Shown here piece by piece: positions 38,490 through 52,934 of a stretch of 64,000 bases of DNA. Where the stretch lies: NCBI RefSeq assembly GCF_009914755.1, contig NC_060935.1; one strand, 5' to 3'. This stretch comes from the human T2T-CHM13v2.0 reference genome, Homo sapiens. How positions within the stretch are numbered: position 1 is the stretch's first letter; each line of letters begins with the position of its first letter. The position numbers and the translations under genes are program-made. The notes beneath the pieces are model-generated. The model did not search any database. It was given only the letters and a program-made list of their open reading frames with translations, and was not told where the DNA came from.

Positions 38490-38586
38490 GATGTGCTGAT
38501 TTCCCAGCGCTGTCTCTGGGGAGCTCCGGCAGCGCAAGAGGGCAAAGCACAGCTGGAAGCTCAGAGCTGCAGTCCCAGGTCCTGGG
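38490..38586 (+). other. MS4A10: Probable non-coding exon 1 of MS4A10 (start approximate)
   Basis: Donor GGG|GTGAGT at 38586/7; a 5' exon is required because the ATG exon begins at an acceptor; position fits my recollection of a ~16-kb gene span. Confidence 0.55.
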
Positions 38587-39309
38587 GTGAGTGGTCCCCC
38601 CATGGCAGGAACAGAGGGGAGTGATTTTGTGTTTCCATGTGGAGTTGGGGGGTTGCTCAGGTGTACAGACCTGGTCCCCCCTTGAAGCCAGGGGACCGGC
38701 CTCTTATACCCCTAGCCAATCAGTTGTTGGCTGTAGGGTTGGAGCGGTGTTACTTAAACTCCCAGAAGGGAGGAGATGTGAGCCTTTAGCAATGAACAAT
38801 TATACCAGCTGGAGAATGGGTGGCCCACCCAGCAGAGGGGATCTGGGAAGTAGGGGGCACCATCGGCCTCTCCCCTGCGGAGCCCCATCCTGCTGCCAGT
38901 TACTGACCCTTATTGCTGGAGGAGCCCCAGACACTTTTCTTGCAGTCTGGAAATGCATACACACAGAGAGACCAGTTCAAGAAAACAGAGCCCCAGGGAG
39001 GAGAAGGGACTTGTCGAGGGCCACGAGGGGGCAGGACTAGAATCCAGATTCTTGACTCCCTCCTTGGACGGAGGCCTCTGTTTCCTGCAGGCCTTCCAGC
39101 TGCTGGTGGGTGAGCTCTCTTTACACCAGGCACACTGTCTGGAAGCACCAGGAGGAGGCTGGTTCAGTACAGTCGTAGGTGGTTTTCTAACTGGCATTCA
39201 CTGAAACGCTGATCCTCTAAGGCACCCCACCCCCAACACCAGCCTGCCTGTCACATGTTGTGACACTCTTGTCACTCAGCACCTCTCAATTCCTGCCTTT
39301 CTGTCCTTG

Positions 39310-39380
39310 ACATGCATGCACATGCATGCACACACATGCACACACACACACACGCACACACACACACACACACACACACC
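39310..39380. repeat. (CA)n microsatellite
   Basis: Direct reading. Confidence 0.9.
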
Positions 39381-39644
39381 CTGAGAAGCTCTCTCTGTCC
39401 TCTAGGGCTCCACTGCACAGTCTGATGAGGGTCATATTATTCATGCCACGTTTCCTCTGCCTGCTCGGCCACAGACCTCCCATGGACACATCTTACTCAC
39501 TCCTGCCTCGGTCCCTGCAGTGTCCAATGCAGAAACTCCACAAACAAATCCACGAATGACAGTGTTGGATCTCAGATCACTAGCTCAATACACTCAGTGC
39601 CTTTCTTCCCTCACGACCCCCTACCCCCACCCCAGGGCCCCAGA

Positions 39645-39896
39645 GCTCTCACGGCCCTCTCCCCCTGTAAGCAGGATGGGGATGGAGGCAATAAACTCAC
39701 CACTCCAGATGATAGGGACAGGGTGTATCATGTCTTAACCGAGAACCAGACGAGGACAAGGTGGAGCCTCGCTCTCACAGCCCTCTCCCCCTGTAAGCAG
39801 GATGCAGATGGAGGCAATAAACTCACCACTCCAGATGATAGGGATGGGGTGTACCATGTCTTAACCGAGAACCAGACGAGGACAAGGTGGAGCCTC
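39645..39896. repeat. 126-bp tandem duplication
   Basis: 39645-39770 vs 39771-39896, about 6 mismatches, no indels. Confidence 0.95.
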
Positions 39897-40900
39897 ACTG
39901 GTGGGATTCTAGACACGCAACAGGCCAGTGGCAACTGTGGCTGACATTTATTGCTATACGCCAGTCCCTGTCAGTTGCAGGCATTGTTTCAGCTACTCCT
40001 CACCACCTACCCCCTAGGGACAGGCAGTGGCACTCCCCATGAGAAGGTGAGGGGAGACTCAGATGCTGAGATGTAAAAAACCGGCCCAAGGTCAAAGCTC
40101 CGGGGAGCAGAGCCAGGACTTTGCACGGAGCACCCATTCTAGCTGACAACTTCCAGCGCTCAGGGCCGTGCCCACTCTGCTGCTTTGCTGGGGGGTTCTG
40201 GAGGGTCCTGCCCAGCTCTGTCCCTGTCCTCCCTCCACTCCCAGAACTGAAGGAACAACGAGAATATGTGTGGGACCCAGGCATCCCGTGGCCCTGTGCA
40301 GAGCGCTGAGGCCCTAGTGGCAGTGGGTTTCCCGTGGGATACCAAGCTGGCTGGGTCCGTGGTCCTGAGCTGGCTGAGGGGGCTGGGGTTGGGCGGGGAA
40401 AGGCTAAAAAAGTTCCTTTATGCACCAAACAGCCTGCTGCCTGCCCCCTCTCTGTCAGCACACTGTCACCTCCTAGCAGCCCTGCACAGGTCCTGGAAGT
40501 GGGCCAGGACAGCTGGGAATAAGTGTTCTAAGGAATCAGAGTTCATGCTCTTTGTCTTGGAAAGGCGTACGAGAGAGTCATAACAAACTTTTCCCCATGA
40601 TGACTAAGGTCTGCCCTCTGCAACTCCTTCCTCTCCTGGTTGTATAAAATTCCTTGTAGCGGCTCTCTCCCGTGAGAGAAGTATTATATTTAAAGTTGGA
40701 AGGGACCTTAGAGATCATCACTCAATTCCCATTCCCACTGTGATATGCACGTGAGCAAACCAAAAGCAGAGAAAAGGCCAAAAACCAGAGCCCAGGACCA
40801 GAAATTGAAACCTTCAAGGCCACTTTGCCCAAAAGCAGACCCCACAGAATACCAATTGCATAGAACCGTTAGACAATGAGAAAAAAAAGATCCTATGGCC

Positions 40901-41222
<322 letters not shown>

Positions 41223-42709
41223 AAGATTATATGGCCAATTAAGTTTGGGAAATGCCCTTAATACTAAAACAGAGTGTGCCACTTGTAGAAAATCTCAGAG
41301 TCTTTAATATGAGAAAAAGGGAGAAGAGGCTAACCATGGTTTCTCAAACTTATTTGACCATGGAACCCTTTTACTGCAGATACATCAGGACCAATGTTCC
41401 ATGGAACATACTTTGAGAAAGGTTATTCTGGATTCTTGAGTCCAACTCCCTGTTGGATATTTGAACCATTCCTACTGCCACAGCTCTCACAAGTGAATGT
41501 CTAGGTGGAGGTACAGCTCCAGTGCCCAGGCACTCACTATCTCCGTGGACAAGCAGTTCCATCCAAGGCAGCTCTACTAAGAAGTCCCTCTTCTTCTGTT
41601 CTTTGCAGTGGAGTCCAGGCCTGGGTCCAGGTATTGTCCTCCCAGGTGTGCAGAGTCTAGGTGAAGCCAGTGGCTAACCTGGTTCAGGCCTCTGCCACCG
41701 AATACATCCCTTAGTCCAGCTAGCTGTGTCAGACGGACTTCTGAAGGCTTGGGAACCTTCCCAAGGGACAGTTCCCAGAGGGACAGTTCCCATGCATAGC
41801 TGGGCAGAGTCACAAAAAGAATCATACAGCACTGTGTCTATGAGCTCAGCTTCTGAAGCCCAGGAAAGAGGGAGACCCTCTGCCCACTCACCCCACTAAA
41901 TCAGCGGTCATCACTGCAGGACCATGGAGATATCAATCAGGGGGTCCTACCCAGCAGCCCAGGCCCAGAGCACTGGCGATGGAGTAAGACCATGCGTGGT
42001 TCCAATTCCAGGCACTTCCTCACTGTGTGACCATGGCCAAGGCAGGCAACCTCTCTGAACCTTGGTTTCCTCTTCTATGCAATGGTGCTGACTTCCTGAG
42101 TATTAAGGGAGGTTGCCAGGCAAAACTGCCTCCTGGCACAGTGCCCGGCATACAGTGCTCACCCAACTGTGAGGCCCCATCTGGCTCTTTGGCTCTTGAT
42201 AATGTCCCTTCCTTTCCCCTCTACCCAATCCAGGATATAGTCACCTGGGCTATTTGTCCCTCCAAACTTCCCAAAACTCTTTCCCTGCATCCCTGTGGAA
42301 AATGTGGATGCTCAATGGAACTTCCTGGATCCACAAGTCAGACTTAAAAGTGAGAGGAATGGCCCTCCCTTTTCATTCATCCAGGATACAGTCTGAGAGC
42401 AGCCTCTCTCTCTCAAGGATTTGCTCATTAGCCCCATCCCCATGGAGAAACCATCTCTGACCTCAATCCCTGCAAGCCAGCTCCCTTTCTTCCCCGCCCA
42501 GCTGTCCACTTCCTGGGACAGAAAGACTACGTTGGATTTTCTCACCAAGTCCCAGGCAGCCCCCAAGCCCTAGTGCATCCCACGGCGTCAGTATACACTA
42601 TACCAGGCCCTGTCTGCAGGTCGTGTGTCCAGCCCCCTTCTAACTTTTTTCCCCAACTCCTTTTTGTGCCCATGAGAACATCCAGAACATTCATTTCCAA
42701 TTGTTGAGC

Positions 42710-42950
42710 CAACAGTGCATGAAGGACTTAAGCCCCAGGCTCTGGAGCCAGCCTGCCATGCTTCAAGTCCAAGTCACTTACTGGTTGTGTGACCATGGGC
42801 AAGTGGCTTAACCTTTCTGAGCCTCATCTGCAAAATGAGAGTGAGGACGGTATTTACCTCATAGGGTTGGAATGAGGACAAAATCAGGTAATGCACGTAG
42901 AAGGTTTATCTCAGTGCCTGGAGCAGAGAAAGTATTTGTAAATGTTAGCA
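42710..42950 (+). mobile_element. MIR
   Basis: ggctctggagccag...tgtgaccatgggcaagtggcttaacctttctgagcctcatctgcaaaatg. Confidence 0.8.
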
Positions 42951-43500
42951 TCGTTAAATATGGACTTCCTGACTCAGTGTTGGCTCATAAAAAGTCCTCG
43001 GTGGAAGATATTTTCTTCCCTTCTCTCCAGGAGGCATGGGCACCACCACAGGAGGTAGGACAATTATTTCCCACCTGCCTTCAGTCACTCTTCTTGGACC
43101 AGTGGATGGAGACTGTTTACAAAGCCCCTCCATTGACCTGCACCTCTCGCACCTCCCAACTCTTCCAAACTGCAGTCTGGCCACTTTGGGTGAGCTCTGT
43201 CTTCCACTGGTTGTGAAGTTTGCCTGGTCCTCATTTTTCTGCCCCAAAAGGAGCTGTGTCTTTGCAACCCCAGAAAGGCTGTGAGCAGCAATTACTCCCA
43301 TCTCCAGGGGCCAGATTATTCCAGGTCAAATCAAGACCAAGACCAGGGGCTGCCAGACAGGGCAACCACAGTTCTGGAAAGATCCGGTCCCTTAAACAGA
43401 GGTGATTGGCAGAGGCTCACCCAGGCACAAGCCTCAGAAATGAGACGGGTTCTGACGGCCTTCCTCCCCGTCCTGCAGCCAGGGCCCCCATCCAGCATCA

Positions 43501-43683
43501 ATGAAAGCAGAAGCCACAGTTATTCCCAGCCGTTGTGCTAGGGGGCTCCCATCATGGCAAGTCCTCAGCCCAGTCCAGCCCTGGCAGACAAGTGCACCCC
43601 AGAACACGACCCAGCCCAAGCTCCTGGCTCCACACCAGCACGAGAAGTCCCAGAAGAAGAGCAGCCTTCTTAAGGAGCTGGGG
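43501..43683 (+). CDS. MS4A10: MS4A10 coding exon 1 (aa 1-61)
   Basis: Acceptor at 43478/9; MKAEATVIPSRCARG...SSLLKELG|gtgagc. Confidence 0.95.
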
Positions 43684-44138
43684 GTGAGCATCCACTTCCC
43701 AGGGTCCCAGCAGTGGGAGGCAGAGGAGAGGGGGATATGAGGAGGATGCTGGGGGGCCCCAAGGGAAGAAAGGGAAAAGAGAAAGGCTCCAGCTTTCCTG
43801 CTGAACATTCATCTGAACTGGAAAAGGCCTTGAAGATTGGAGAGAATCTGCCCACACCTACTACTGCCTTGTGAGGTTTGGACAGGGCCCTGTCCTGGGG
43901 AGAATGGCAGAAGGCTGCCAGCTCCAGGATAGATAGCTCCCACCCATGGGGCCCTTGGCAGCTTCAGCTCTTTCTGCAGGAAATCCTGGGGAGTGGTCCT
44001 TCTTAGAGAGCCTGGTCTCTGGGATCCCTAAGAGGACAGAAGGGACTCACCACAGCCAGTAGGTCCGGGGCACTAGTGGCCTCAATTAGAGCCAGTGACC
44101 GATGCCCTCACCCCAGCCATTCTCTCTTCCCCACCCAG

Positions 44139-44258
44139 GCCTTCCACATCACCATCGCTCTGCTGCACCTGGTCTTTGGGGGCTACCTGGCCTCTATAGT
44201 CAAGAACCTTCACCTGGTGGTGCTGAAGTCTTGGTATCCATTCTGGGGGGCTGCCTCT
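44139..44258 (+). CDS. MS4A10: MS4A10 coding exon 2 (TM1)
   Basis: cccag|[15 protein letters not shown]...[10 protein letters not shown]|gtgagt. Confidence 0.96.
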
Positions 44259-45429
44259 GTGAGTAGAAGGCAAAACACAGACCGGGTGTGGGAGTCTGCA
44301 AGGCAGGCCTGGGAGGCCCTGGCATTTGGGACAGGATGCAGGGTGGGATAGAGAGAGCTAATAGGAGTGCGGCAGAAGCGAGGCCCTTTCTCCAGTGTTC
44401 CTAGCTCTGCTTCTTTTATCTTAGTCACAATGGAAATAGCTCCTTCCAGGGAGCCCCTGTCAATTCTGAGTCCCAAGAGAGCACTTGGAGGCTATCCATT
44501 CTCCCATAATTGAATATGTGCATTTGGCAAAGAGGAGGGTGAGTAGGACCCAGGGACAGCTTCATTCTTCCCCAGCCTTCTGAGCAGCCAGGCTGCCTCT
44601 GGATCCAGCTACAGGTGCCCTGTTGGGGTTGAGCTACAAAAACACACAGGGTGTAAGGTGTGGCTCCTGTCCTCCCAAGGCCATCAGCCAGGATGGGAGA
44701 TGACACTGGACCAGTGCATGCACCATTTCCCAGAAGCTCTACATTCCTTCAGGTCTCCAGGGAGCCCACCCCATTCCTGACTCCCAGGTGGAGTCCTGCC
44801 TATGCACTAAGTCCAAGCTCCACGGCACTGTCTTGGGCAAGTATCCCAATCCCCCTTTCACATCAGTCCTCTGTTCTCACTGCCCACAGGATGGGGCTTT
44901 CACTGCACAGTGATAGAACTTTCCACACATGCAGTGCTTATTCACCCTGTGCTCCCAGGGACTAGCCCATAGTAGGTGCTCAGTGCACATTGGAAAGAAT
45001 GATTGCAGAGGTGCTCCCAGAGACCTTGGAAGCAAGAACTCATATCCTCCCAACTGCAAGATTCAAGAAAAGAGAAACAGTCGGGGTGGAGGGGATAGTG
45101 CCACTGATCCCAGCGATGGTTTGGGTTTGTAAAATGAGGGAAGCAGGAGGGTCTAGGAGGGAGTTCTAAGTGCAGGGCACAGCTTGGTCCAAGGTGTAGA
45201 GATGGGAGGAGGTATGGAGGTTTGTGCACATGGGAAGATGTGAGGTGGGGCAGCTTCTTGGATGGGCCACATGGCAGGCAAGAGGAGCTCACTTTGCTGG
45301 AGGAATAGTATTCCCTGCCCCACTGGCCGCCAAGGGTTGATTTTCTTGGAGAATAGGGGTGGGGGTGGGAATTTGTGGGTTTTGAGGAACCCCAGCTTCT
45401 CTCCTTTGACTTTCAAATCTGTCCTGCAG

Positions 45430-45486
45430 TTTCTCATTTCAGGGATCTTGGCGATAACAATGAAGACCTTTTCTAAAACTTACCTG
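45430..45486 (+). CDS. MS4A10: MS4A10 coding exon 3 (TM2)
   Basis: ctgcag|FLISGILAITMKTFSKTYL|gtgagt; 57 nt like the paralogous MS4A15 exon. Confidence 0.96.
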
Positions 45487-47136
45487 GTGAGTGGGCGCAC
45501 TGAGATCATTCTCTTCCATCTGAGCATGGCATAACTTTGTTAAGGGCATCTGTCTGTAGGGGTGATTGTGAGGGCACTTCTCCAGGACTTGCTAAGAGCA
45601 GGCTCTTGCCTTCAGGACAGCAGAGGATGTCCAAGCAGAAGGGTCCAGATGCAGACAGGCTGACAGACTTGGCTGTGGGAGGAAAGGAAGCACCATCTGA
45701 AGCTTCTCTCTTTCCAGTGCAGTGAGGCAGAGAAGGAAATGGCTCCCAGGCACCCTGACCCATCCATCTAGGACACAACTTTGCTTCCTCTCAAATCTAC
45801 TGTGTCTTAATCTTAATCACCACATAGCCTGCAAGCCCCAGCCTCCAGCTGGATTTGCATCTACTTCTCCTCTCTAAGAGCCAGGCAGATGGAACGGTGG
45901 TCCTCCCTTTTCTGCCCGTGCTGGCCACTGCCCAAACACCTTGCCCTCTCCCCTGCACACATGGCTCCCATCTTTGACTTACTCCTGACCACTCAAGACA
46001 ACCTGTATGTCTTGTCCTCCCGGAGATCTTCCCTGACCTCCATGGCTGCCTTCCATTCTCCCACAACTCTGTGGACTTACCTGTCTCTACTGTACACTAA
46101 ATTATTTCTGGGCAGAATGTGCCCGAGCATAGTGATAGCCCAAGGTGGCCCAAGTAGGCACAGAGTAGACACCTAGCACAAGACTGGATGGGTGGAGGTG
46201 GATGGATGATGGAAGGAACATCCCTGCAAATCACAGCTCACACCCAGGTCTTCCCACCTCCCCTCCTTCTGCCCCCGAAGCCCAAGCCAGGTCCTTCCCT
46301 ATTTGTGTCCCTCAGCCTGGCTAGGCTGTGGTTGCTCCCTACTTTCTCAGAGGGCATACAGAATAGAAGGATGGTTGTGCAGTTTACCCAGCAGAGGCAG
46401 GAGATGCTTGACAAAGACGTGCCCATTCCCCAGACCTCACCCTCCTGGGCTGAGCCCCTTTTAGAACCACAGGCCTCTTGCTTTGTATACCTGAGCATAA
46501 GGACACTCTTACTGTAAAGAAACCCATTCCAGTATAAAAGGCTACAGATTCCATATGTGCATAGTCTTTCCTCACTAGGAGGATTTGCACTTGGCAAGAG
46601 GCTCTTGGAATGATGCTTAACCCGAGAGGACGATGAATACAGGCATTTCAGGAACCATGGCAGGTGGGCGGAGAAAATGGGCTGGTACTGGGACATGTGA
46701 GGATAGGGCACTTTCAGAGCTCCTCCTGACCTTTCTGGTGGGGAAGGGGCTGGATGAGGGGTCACCTGGGTGTCGAATCCCTGACACTTGGCATAGCTGA
46801 TGTAGGATGGTCGGGGCTGGCTTTGAGCAGGAAATGGCAATAGGGCATCCTTTATTGCAAAGCTCTTGGATCTGAAGGCAGCTCTTGGGTTCTCCCAATT
46901 TGTCCCATAGAAGGCAAGGGCCAGCTGGACCCTCCTCAGTGGTCACACAGGAGCAGCTCAGCTCAATCCTGTGTGAGGGGCTGAGGGGCCAGTGACAGGC
47001 AGAGGGGGCCTTGGGCCCAGTGACAGGCAGAGTCTCTCCTGAGGCTACAGAGGAAGCTACTGGCAAGCATGAGGGGAGGACCTAGCCCCAGGTCTCCACC
47101 CTTTGGACAGCTGTTACCTTTATTTTTCACCTATAG

Positions 47137-47268
47137 AAGATGTTGTGCCTGATGACAAACCTCATCAGCCTCTTTTGCGTGCTGTCTGGCCTCTTCGTCA
47201 TCTCCAAGGATCTCTTTCTGGAGAGCCCATTTGAGTCCCCGATCTGGAGAATGTACCCCAACTCCACG
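47137..47268 (+). CDS. MS4A10: MS4A10 coding exon 4 (TM3)
   Basis: ctatag|[26 protein letters not shown]...YPNST|gtgagt. Confidence 0.95.
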
Positions 47269-47781
47269 GTGAGTACCCAGGCCTGGAGGGCCCTCTGACT
47301 TCAGTGAAGGTGCTGCCTTGGATTTGGCCAACAGGAGGTTTCCAGCTCACAGAAAGCCCCTCCTGGAGCCCAGGTGTGGGCTGCTGGGCCCTTTGCCAAC
47401 CTGTTTCTGTCCCCTACAAGGTGTGGTGGAAAGGTGGGTGCTGGGCTGCTGACTGGTCAGCATCACTGAATCCAAGTCCACTTTTATAGATTGGGAAATG
47501 GGGCCAGAGACGGGGAGGAGCCTGCCTGAGGTCAAGCAGCAACTTGACGGCAAATCCAGGACCACAGCCTAAAACTGCTGATTTCCCAGCCAGGGCTCTA
47601 AGCATGGTGTGCCTGGTGGCCCCTGTGATCCGGGAGCCTCCCAGCAGCCTTGCAAAGCTGGCCAAGTCCACTTTGTTACCCTCATCTTCTGGGAGTGAAC
47701 ACGGAGGTCCAGAGAGGCTAGATTAGTGGGTCTTTGACTCCAAGCCTGGTGCTCTTTTCACCATATCACTGCTGCCTCTGA

Positions 47782-48312
<531 letters not shown>

Positions 48313-48719
48313 TGAGATGACTCCCAGCTGCATGGCTCTTCCCCTCCTCTGCTGTAAAACATGCTCCCTCACTCTGGGACTAGGTACCCCCATCTGTCAA
48401 ATAGGCTTGGATCAGATGACCCTAAGGCTACCTTCATTCTTACCAGGGACCCATGAGATTCTCCAGCCCTCAAACGTTAGGCCAATACTCACCAAAGACC
48501 CATATGTGCCAGGCATTGAGTGTAGGGCAGTGACCAAGACAGACCAAGTCCCCGTCCCACAGAGACCCACCCTGCCTTCCCCACGCACACCTGGGAGCTG
48601 AAGCCCCACCTGCCCTCTGCTGTGGATCTTAGCAAGGACCCCTGCCTGGCTAAGCCCACGTGATGCATGCAGACACCCAGCGAGGCCTCACCCTGCCTTC
48701 CTTCCCTCTACCCTCTCAG

Positions 48720-48830
48720 GTCCACATCCAGAGGCTGGAGCTGGCCTTGCTCTGCTTCACTGTCCTAGAGCTCTTCCTGCCAGTGCCCACAGCTGTCACA
48801 GCCTGGAGAGGGGACTGCCCATCTGCAAAG
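48720..48830 (+). CDS. MS4A10: MS4A10 coding exon 5 (TM4)
   Basis: ctcag|VHIQRLELALLCFTVLELFLPVPTAVTAWRGDCPSAK|gtaaga. Confidence 0.96.
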
Positions 48831-49394
48831 GTAAGACAAGGGCTTGTCTTCCCAGGAAGACAAAAAATGGGGGCATGAGGCAGCAGAGAGCTCAGAAAGG
48901 AAAGATATGTGGGGGTTACAAGAGGAGCGTGTTTCATTCATTCCTCACGTTGCTGAGCGTTCACTAAGTGACAGCCCACGATCCAGTAGGGGAGCCAAGG
49001 CACGGGGGCAAGAGAGGAGGCCAATCCAAGGAGAAAAGGGTGAGGCTGCCAGAGAGGAAACTCCATGGGTGCCCAGAACAAGAGGCTACTGTGCTGCCAG
49101 CTCTGAAGGCCCTGGGGAAATTGCATCACAGAGGCCCATGATGACCGGGCAGGATTCGGACCCACAGGCATAGGTGGAAGAGAGACTTTCAGCAGAGCAA
49201 GAAGAGCACGAGCACTGGCTTGGAGACAGGACAGAGAAGGCCTGGGGAAGCTATGGTGTGTGTGGAGTTTGGCTGTAGTGGAAACAAGTGACAGAGTCAT
49301 CAAAGATTGGGCATTTAAGGAATTGCAGGGACTCTATTAAGCATCAATCGATGCATCCATTGATGGATGGATGGATGGATGGATGGATGGATGA

Positions 49395-49775
<381 letters not shown>

Positions 49776-50474
49776 TGAGGTACTTACATTCTCATACTAC
49801 AGACTAGCAAGCTGAGGTCCAGAGAGGTCACATCACTTCTCAAGGCGAAGCAGCCAATTAGGAAATCCAGGACTCAGCCTGAGCTATGTCCAACCCACAG
49901 TCTTGCCCTTGTCTACCCATGGGGATGGCATAGGGCTAGATATATTTTAAAATAGAAGGCAAGTCTCTGCTCACCCCAAAGATCCTGAACAGTTCAGGAT
50001 AAGGATGTTTTATAAAAGAAAAAAAATAAATAAAAAATAAAGACCCTGACCAGAAGTGATCTCTAAGGCTCATTTCTTTAAAGAAAAAAAAATCATATTA
50101 CAATCTCAACTTTAGAACATTATTTAAAAAAGTGCCAAATCCCCCATAATTCTTCAAGTTTGACACTGATTTTCATGTTAGTGACCTCATCACACACCAA
50201 GTGTTCACATAATGCATATATAAGTTGATGGCCTCTGAGTTTCATTTAACATCAAGCAGAGAAGGTGTCTTTGTTAATTCCTAGCTGCCTGACAGGAAGT
50301 CTTCTCATTAAGACATCAGAAAGCCAGATGGGGGTCTTGAGTCACTGAGGCCAACCCCACTTTTAAGGATGGGGAAAACTGAGGCCCCATACCTAGCTGC
50401 AGCTATGAGCAATAATTGTTCCTATTTATTGACCTTTGCTGTGTTCCAGGCACTGTGCTAGTGCTGCAGGTGGC

Positions 50475-50930
50475 TGTATTCATTTTCTATTGATGTTGTA
50501 GTAAATTGTCACAAATTTGGTGGCTTAAAATGACACCTGTATTATCCTACAGCTCTGGAGGTCAGCGGTTTGAAATGAGTCTCAAGGGCTCAAATCAAGG
50601 TGTGTCGCCAGGACTGCATCCCTTCCGGGGGCATCAAAAAGAATCTCTTTCCTTGCCTTTTCCAGCTTCTAGAGGCTGCCTGCATTCCTTGGCTTGTGGC
50701 TCCTTCTTCCACCTTCAAAGCCAGCATCACAACATCCTCCAATAACCCTGTCTCCCTCTTCTACCTTTAAGGACCCTTATCATCATACTGGGCCCAGAGA
50801 GATAATCCAGGAGAATCTCCCAATCTCAAAGCTGATTGGAAACCTTAATTCCATCTGCAACCTTAATTCCTCTCTGCCGTGTGACCAGAGATTAGAACAT
50901 GGGTGTCTTCTGGGGGCCGTGCTTCTCCCT
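50475..50930. mobile_element. MaLR LTR (MLT1-like)
   Basis: tggcttaaaa...ccttgccttttccagcttctagaggctgcc...ctgcaaccttaattcc. Confidence 0.8.
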
Positions 50931-51572
50931 ACTGCACTAGCTAAGATCTCCTTGAATCTCACGGCCATTCTGGGACGCAGGTTCTGCTTTTCCATTTTAA
51001 AGAGGAAAAAATGAACCTTAGAAGAGTTACGTGACTTCCCATGGTCTCACAGCCAGTAAGTGGCCATGCCAGGTTCCCCAATGGGCCCTGTGCCCTCCCC
51101 ATCGGTAAGGATGGTGCCAGGGACAGGCTCTCCAGCACTGAGTTGGTGCCACCCTCATCACTAATCAGGGATGGAGGTGTGGCAGCAATCATTGGCAGAC
51201 ACTGTTGGCATTAGACCTGCCCCTAGAGTGTATCCTGGCTAGAAGGGACTTGGGTCATGGCCCAGCCCCCCTCAGGAAACCCAACAGGGTGAGTGACTTG
51301 CACCTGGTCACCAGGACACTGGTAGCGGGACGGGAACCAGAGCCCCATCCAGTGACTCCCATGTGGGCCTCCCCCTACTCCCTTTTCAAGAACAGGGAGG
51401 GTGGAGGGAGTCACACACTGGTCTATGGAAGTCGCTTCGTCTCTCAAGCCTCAGTTTCCCCACATTCATGGAGAACTTGAGTCTTCAGAAGTGAACTAGC
51501 AGAGAAGTGTTTCGGAAGCAGCCAGTCGCTCCACAGCTGTGAGCAGCAGGGGCGGCGACTTTTCTTTCGCAG

Positions 51573-51691
51573 AATGATGATGCATGCCTTGTTCCGAATA
51601 CACCATTGCATCTCAAAGGCCTGCCGGTGGAGCCCCCGCCATCCTACCAGAGTGTGATTCAAGGCGACGCACAACACAAGCAACATCAGAG
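51573..51691 (+). CDS. MS4A10: MS4A10 coding exon 6 (C-tail with PPSY)
   Basis: tcgcag|NDDACLVPNTPLHLKGLPVEPPPSYQSVIQGDAQHKQHQ-AG|gtgaag (phase 2). Confidence 0.93.
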
Positions 51692-52934
51692 GTGAAGAGG
51701 TTTGGCCCTGGCTCCCCAGACCTTCAGAACCCACGCTTGGCCCCTTCTCCCTGGCATAGATAGAAACCAGTTCCCAGGGGAGCTGTAAGGGGCAAGGGGC
51801 TAACAGTGCTGCAGCTAGAACTGCCTGGCCTGGGAGTGGTAGCCAAGGCAGCAATGGTCCTATCCCCTCAGGCACTAGAGGAACTCCCAGGGCCCCCCAG
51901 GAACATCTCAGCACCTGACTTGGTTGACCAGAACTACCTCAGCTGAACCTGGGCGCAACCAGGACCCATCGCCTTCCCTGCCAGCCTCCAGAGCAAACCC
52001 CTGGGCCTGCAGCCCCCCGGTGCCCCCCATGCCCTCTGGCCTCCCTTGCCTGCCTTCTCTGATCAGTGGTGGATGCACAGGGGGATATAAGGGCAGCCAG
52101 GAAGGAAGGTCTCCAGAGCGGCACAGGCAGGGGCTTCCCTTGCCTCAACCTACTAAGACATTTCTGAGGGAGCCTGTGTGTCTGAATCCCTGGATTTGGG
52201 CTGAGGGCAGCTGGGGAGTTGAGTCCCATAGAAACTGTGTACAGTTCTTCCCTCTGAACTAGACCCTCTGCATGAATCTTTTTGCCCTCCTGGACCTCAG
52301 TGTCTCCATCTGTAAAGTGGAGGTGCAAGGATGACATGATCCAGGAGTCTCCCAGCTTGAAAGCTCTGAGATCAGGAGAATTCAAGGTTCACAGTTGTGA
52401 CATCGAGGTTGCCAGTAAAACTTCAGCCTCGGAATTTCAAACCTACTTGTGCTAAGTAAATAATGTGAGGGAGAGGGACCTGCCTTCCTCATTTTCCTAA
52501 TTTCAGTCATCTGAGGAATAGTCTTCAGGATTTTTGCTTATTTGTGAGCTGCAATGTATTCTGGTTTTTTTTCCACACTGATTCTTTTTTCTATATTATT
52601 TTAAAGGGGCACTTTGTAGCAGCAAGATATAGGAAATCAGTATCTTTCCATAAACAGAAGCAAACCCCAAAAATAACAAACATGTGAAATAAAACGCAAT
52701 TTTCCCCTCCAACCCCGTGGTCTCACCCACTGCTTCCCTTCCTCTTGCTAGCTCTGCCCCAGCCACCATGGCTTCCTTGAGGTTCCACAGACACCCCAGG
52801 GACACCCCTGCCTCTGAGCCATCACCCTTGCCCTTCCTCCACCTGGATTCTCTTCCCCCAGGTATTTGCAGAGCTCACTCTTTGAATCTTTACTGGGCCA
52901 CTGACTCTGAGCCAAGTAAATGCTATTTAATCTT

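Noticed and set aside
36418-39896. CRISPR-like arrays
   Set aside because: Eukaryotic DNA; the repeats are head-to-tail with no unique spacers and no cas genes
39597-39944. ORF with a duplicated 42-aa unit
   Set aside because: Follows from the 126-bp duplication being a multiple of 3; intronic, no homology recognised
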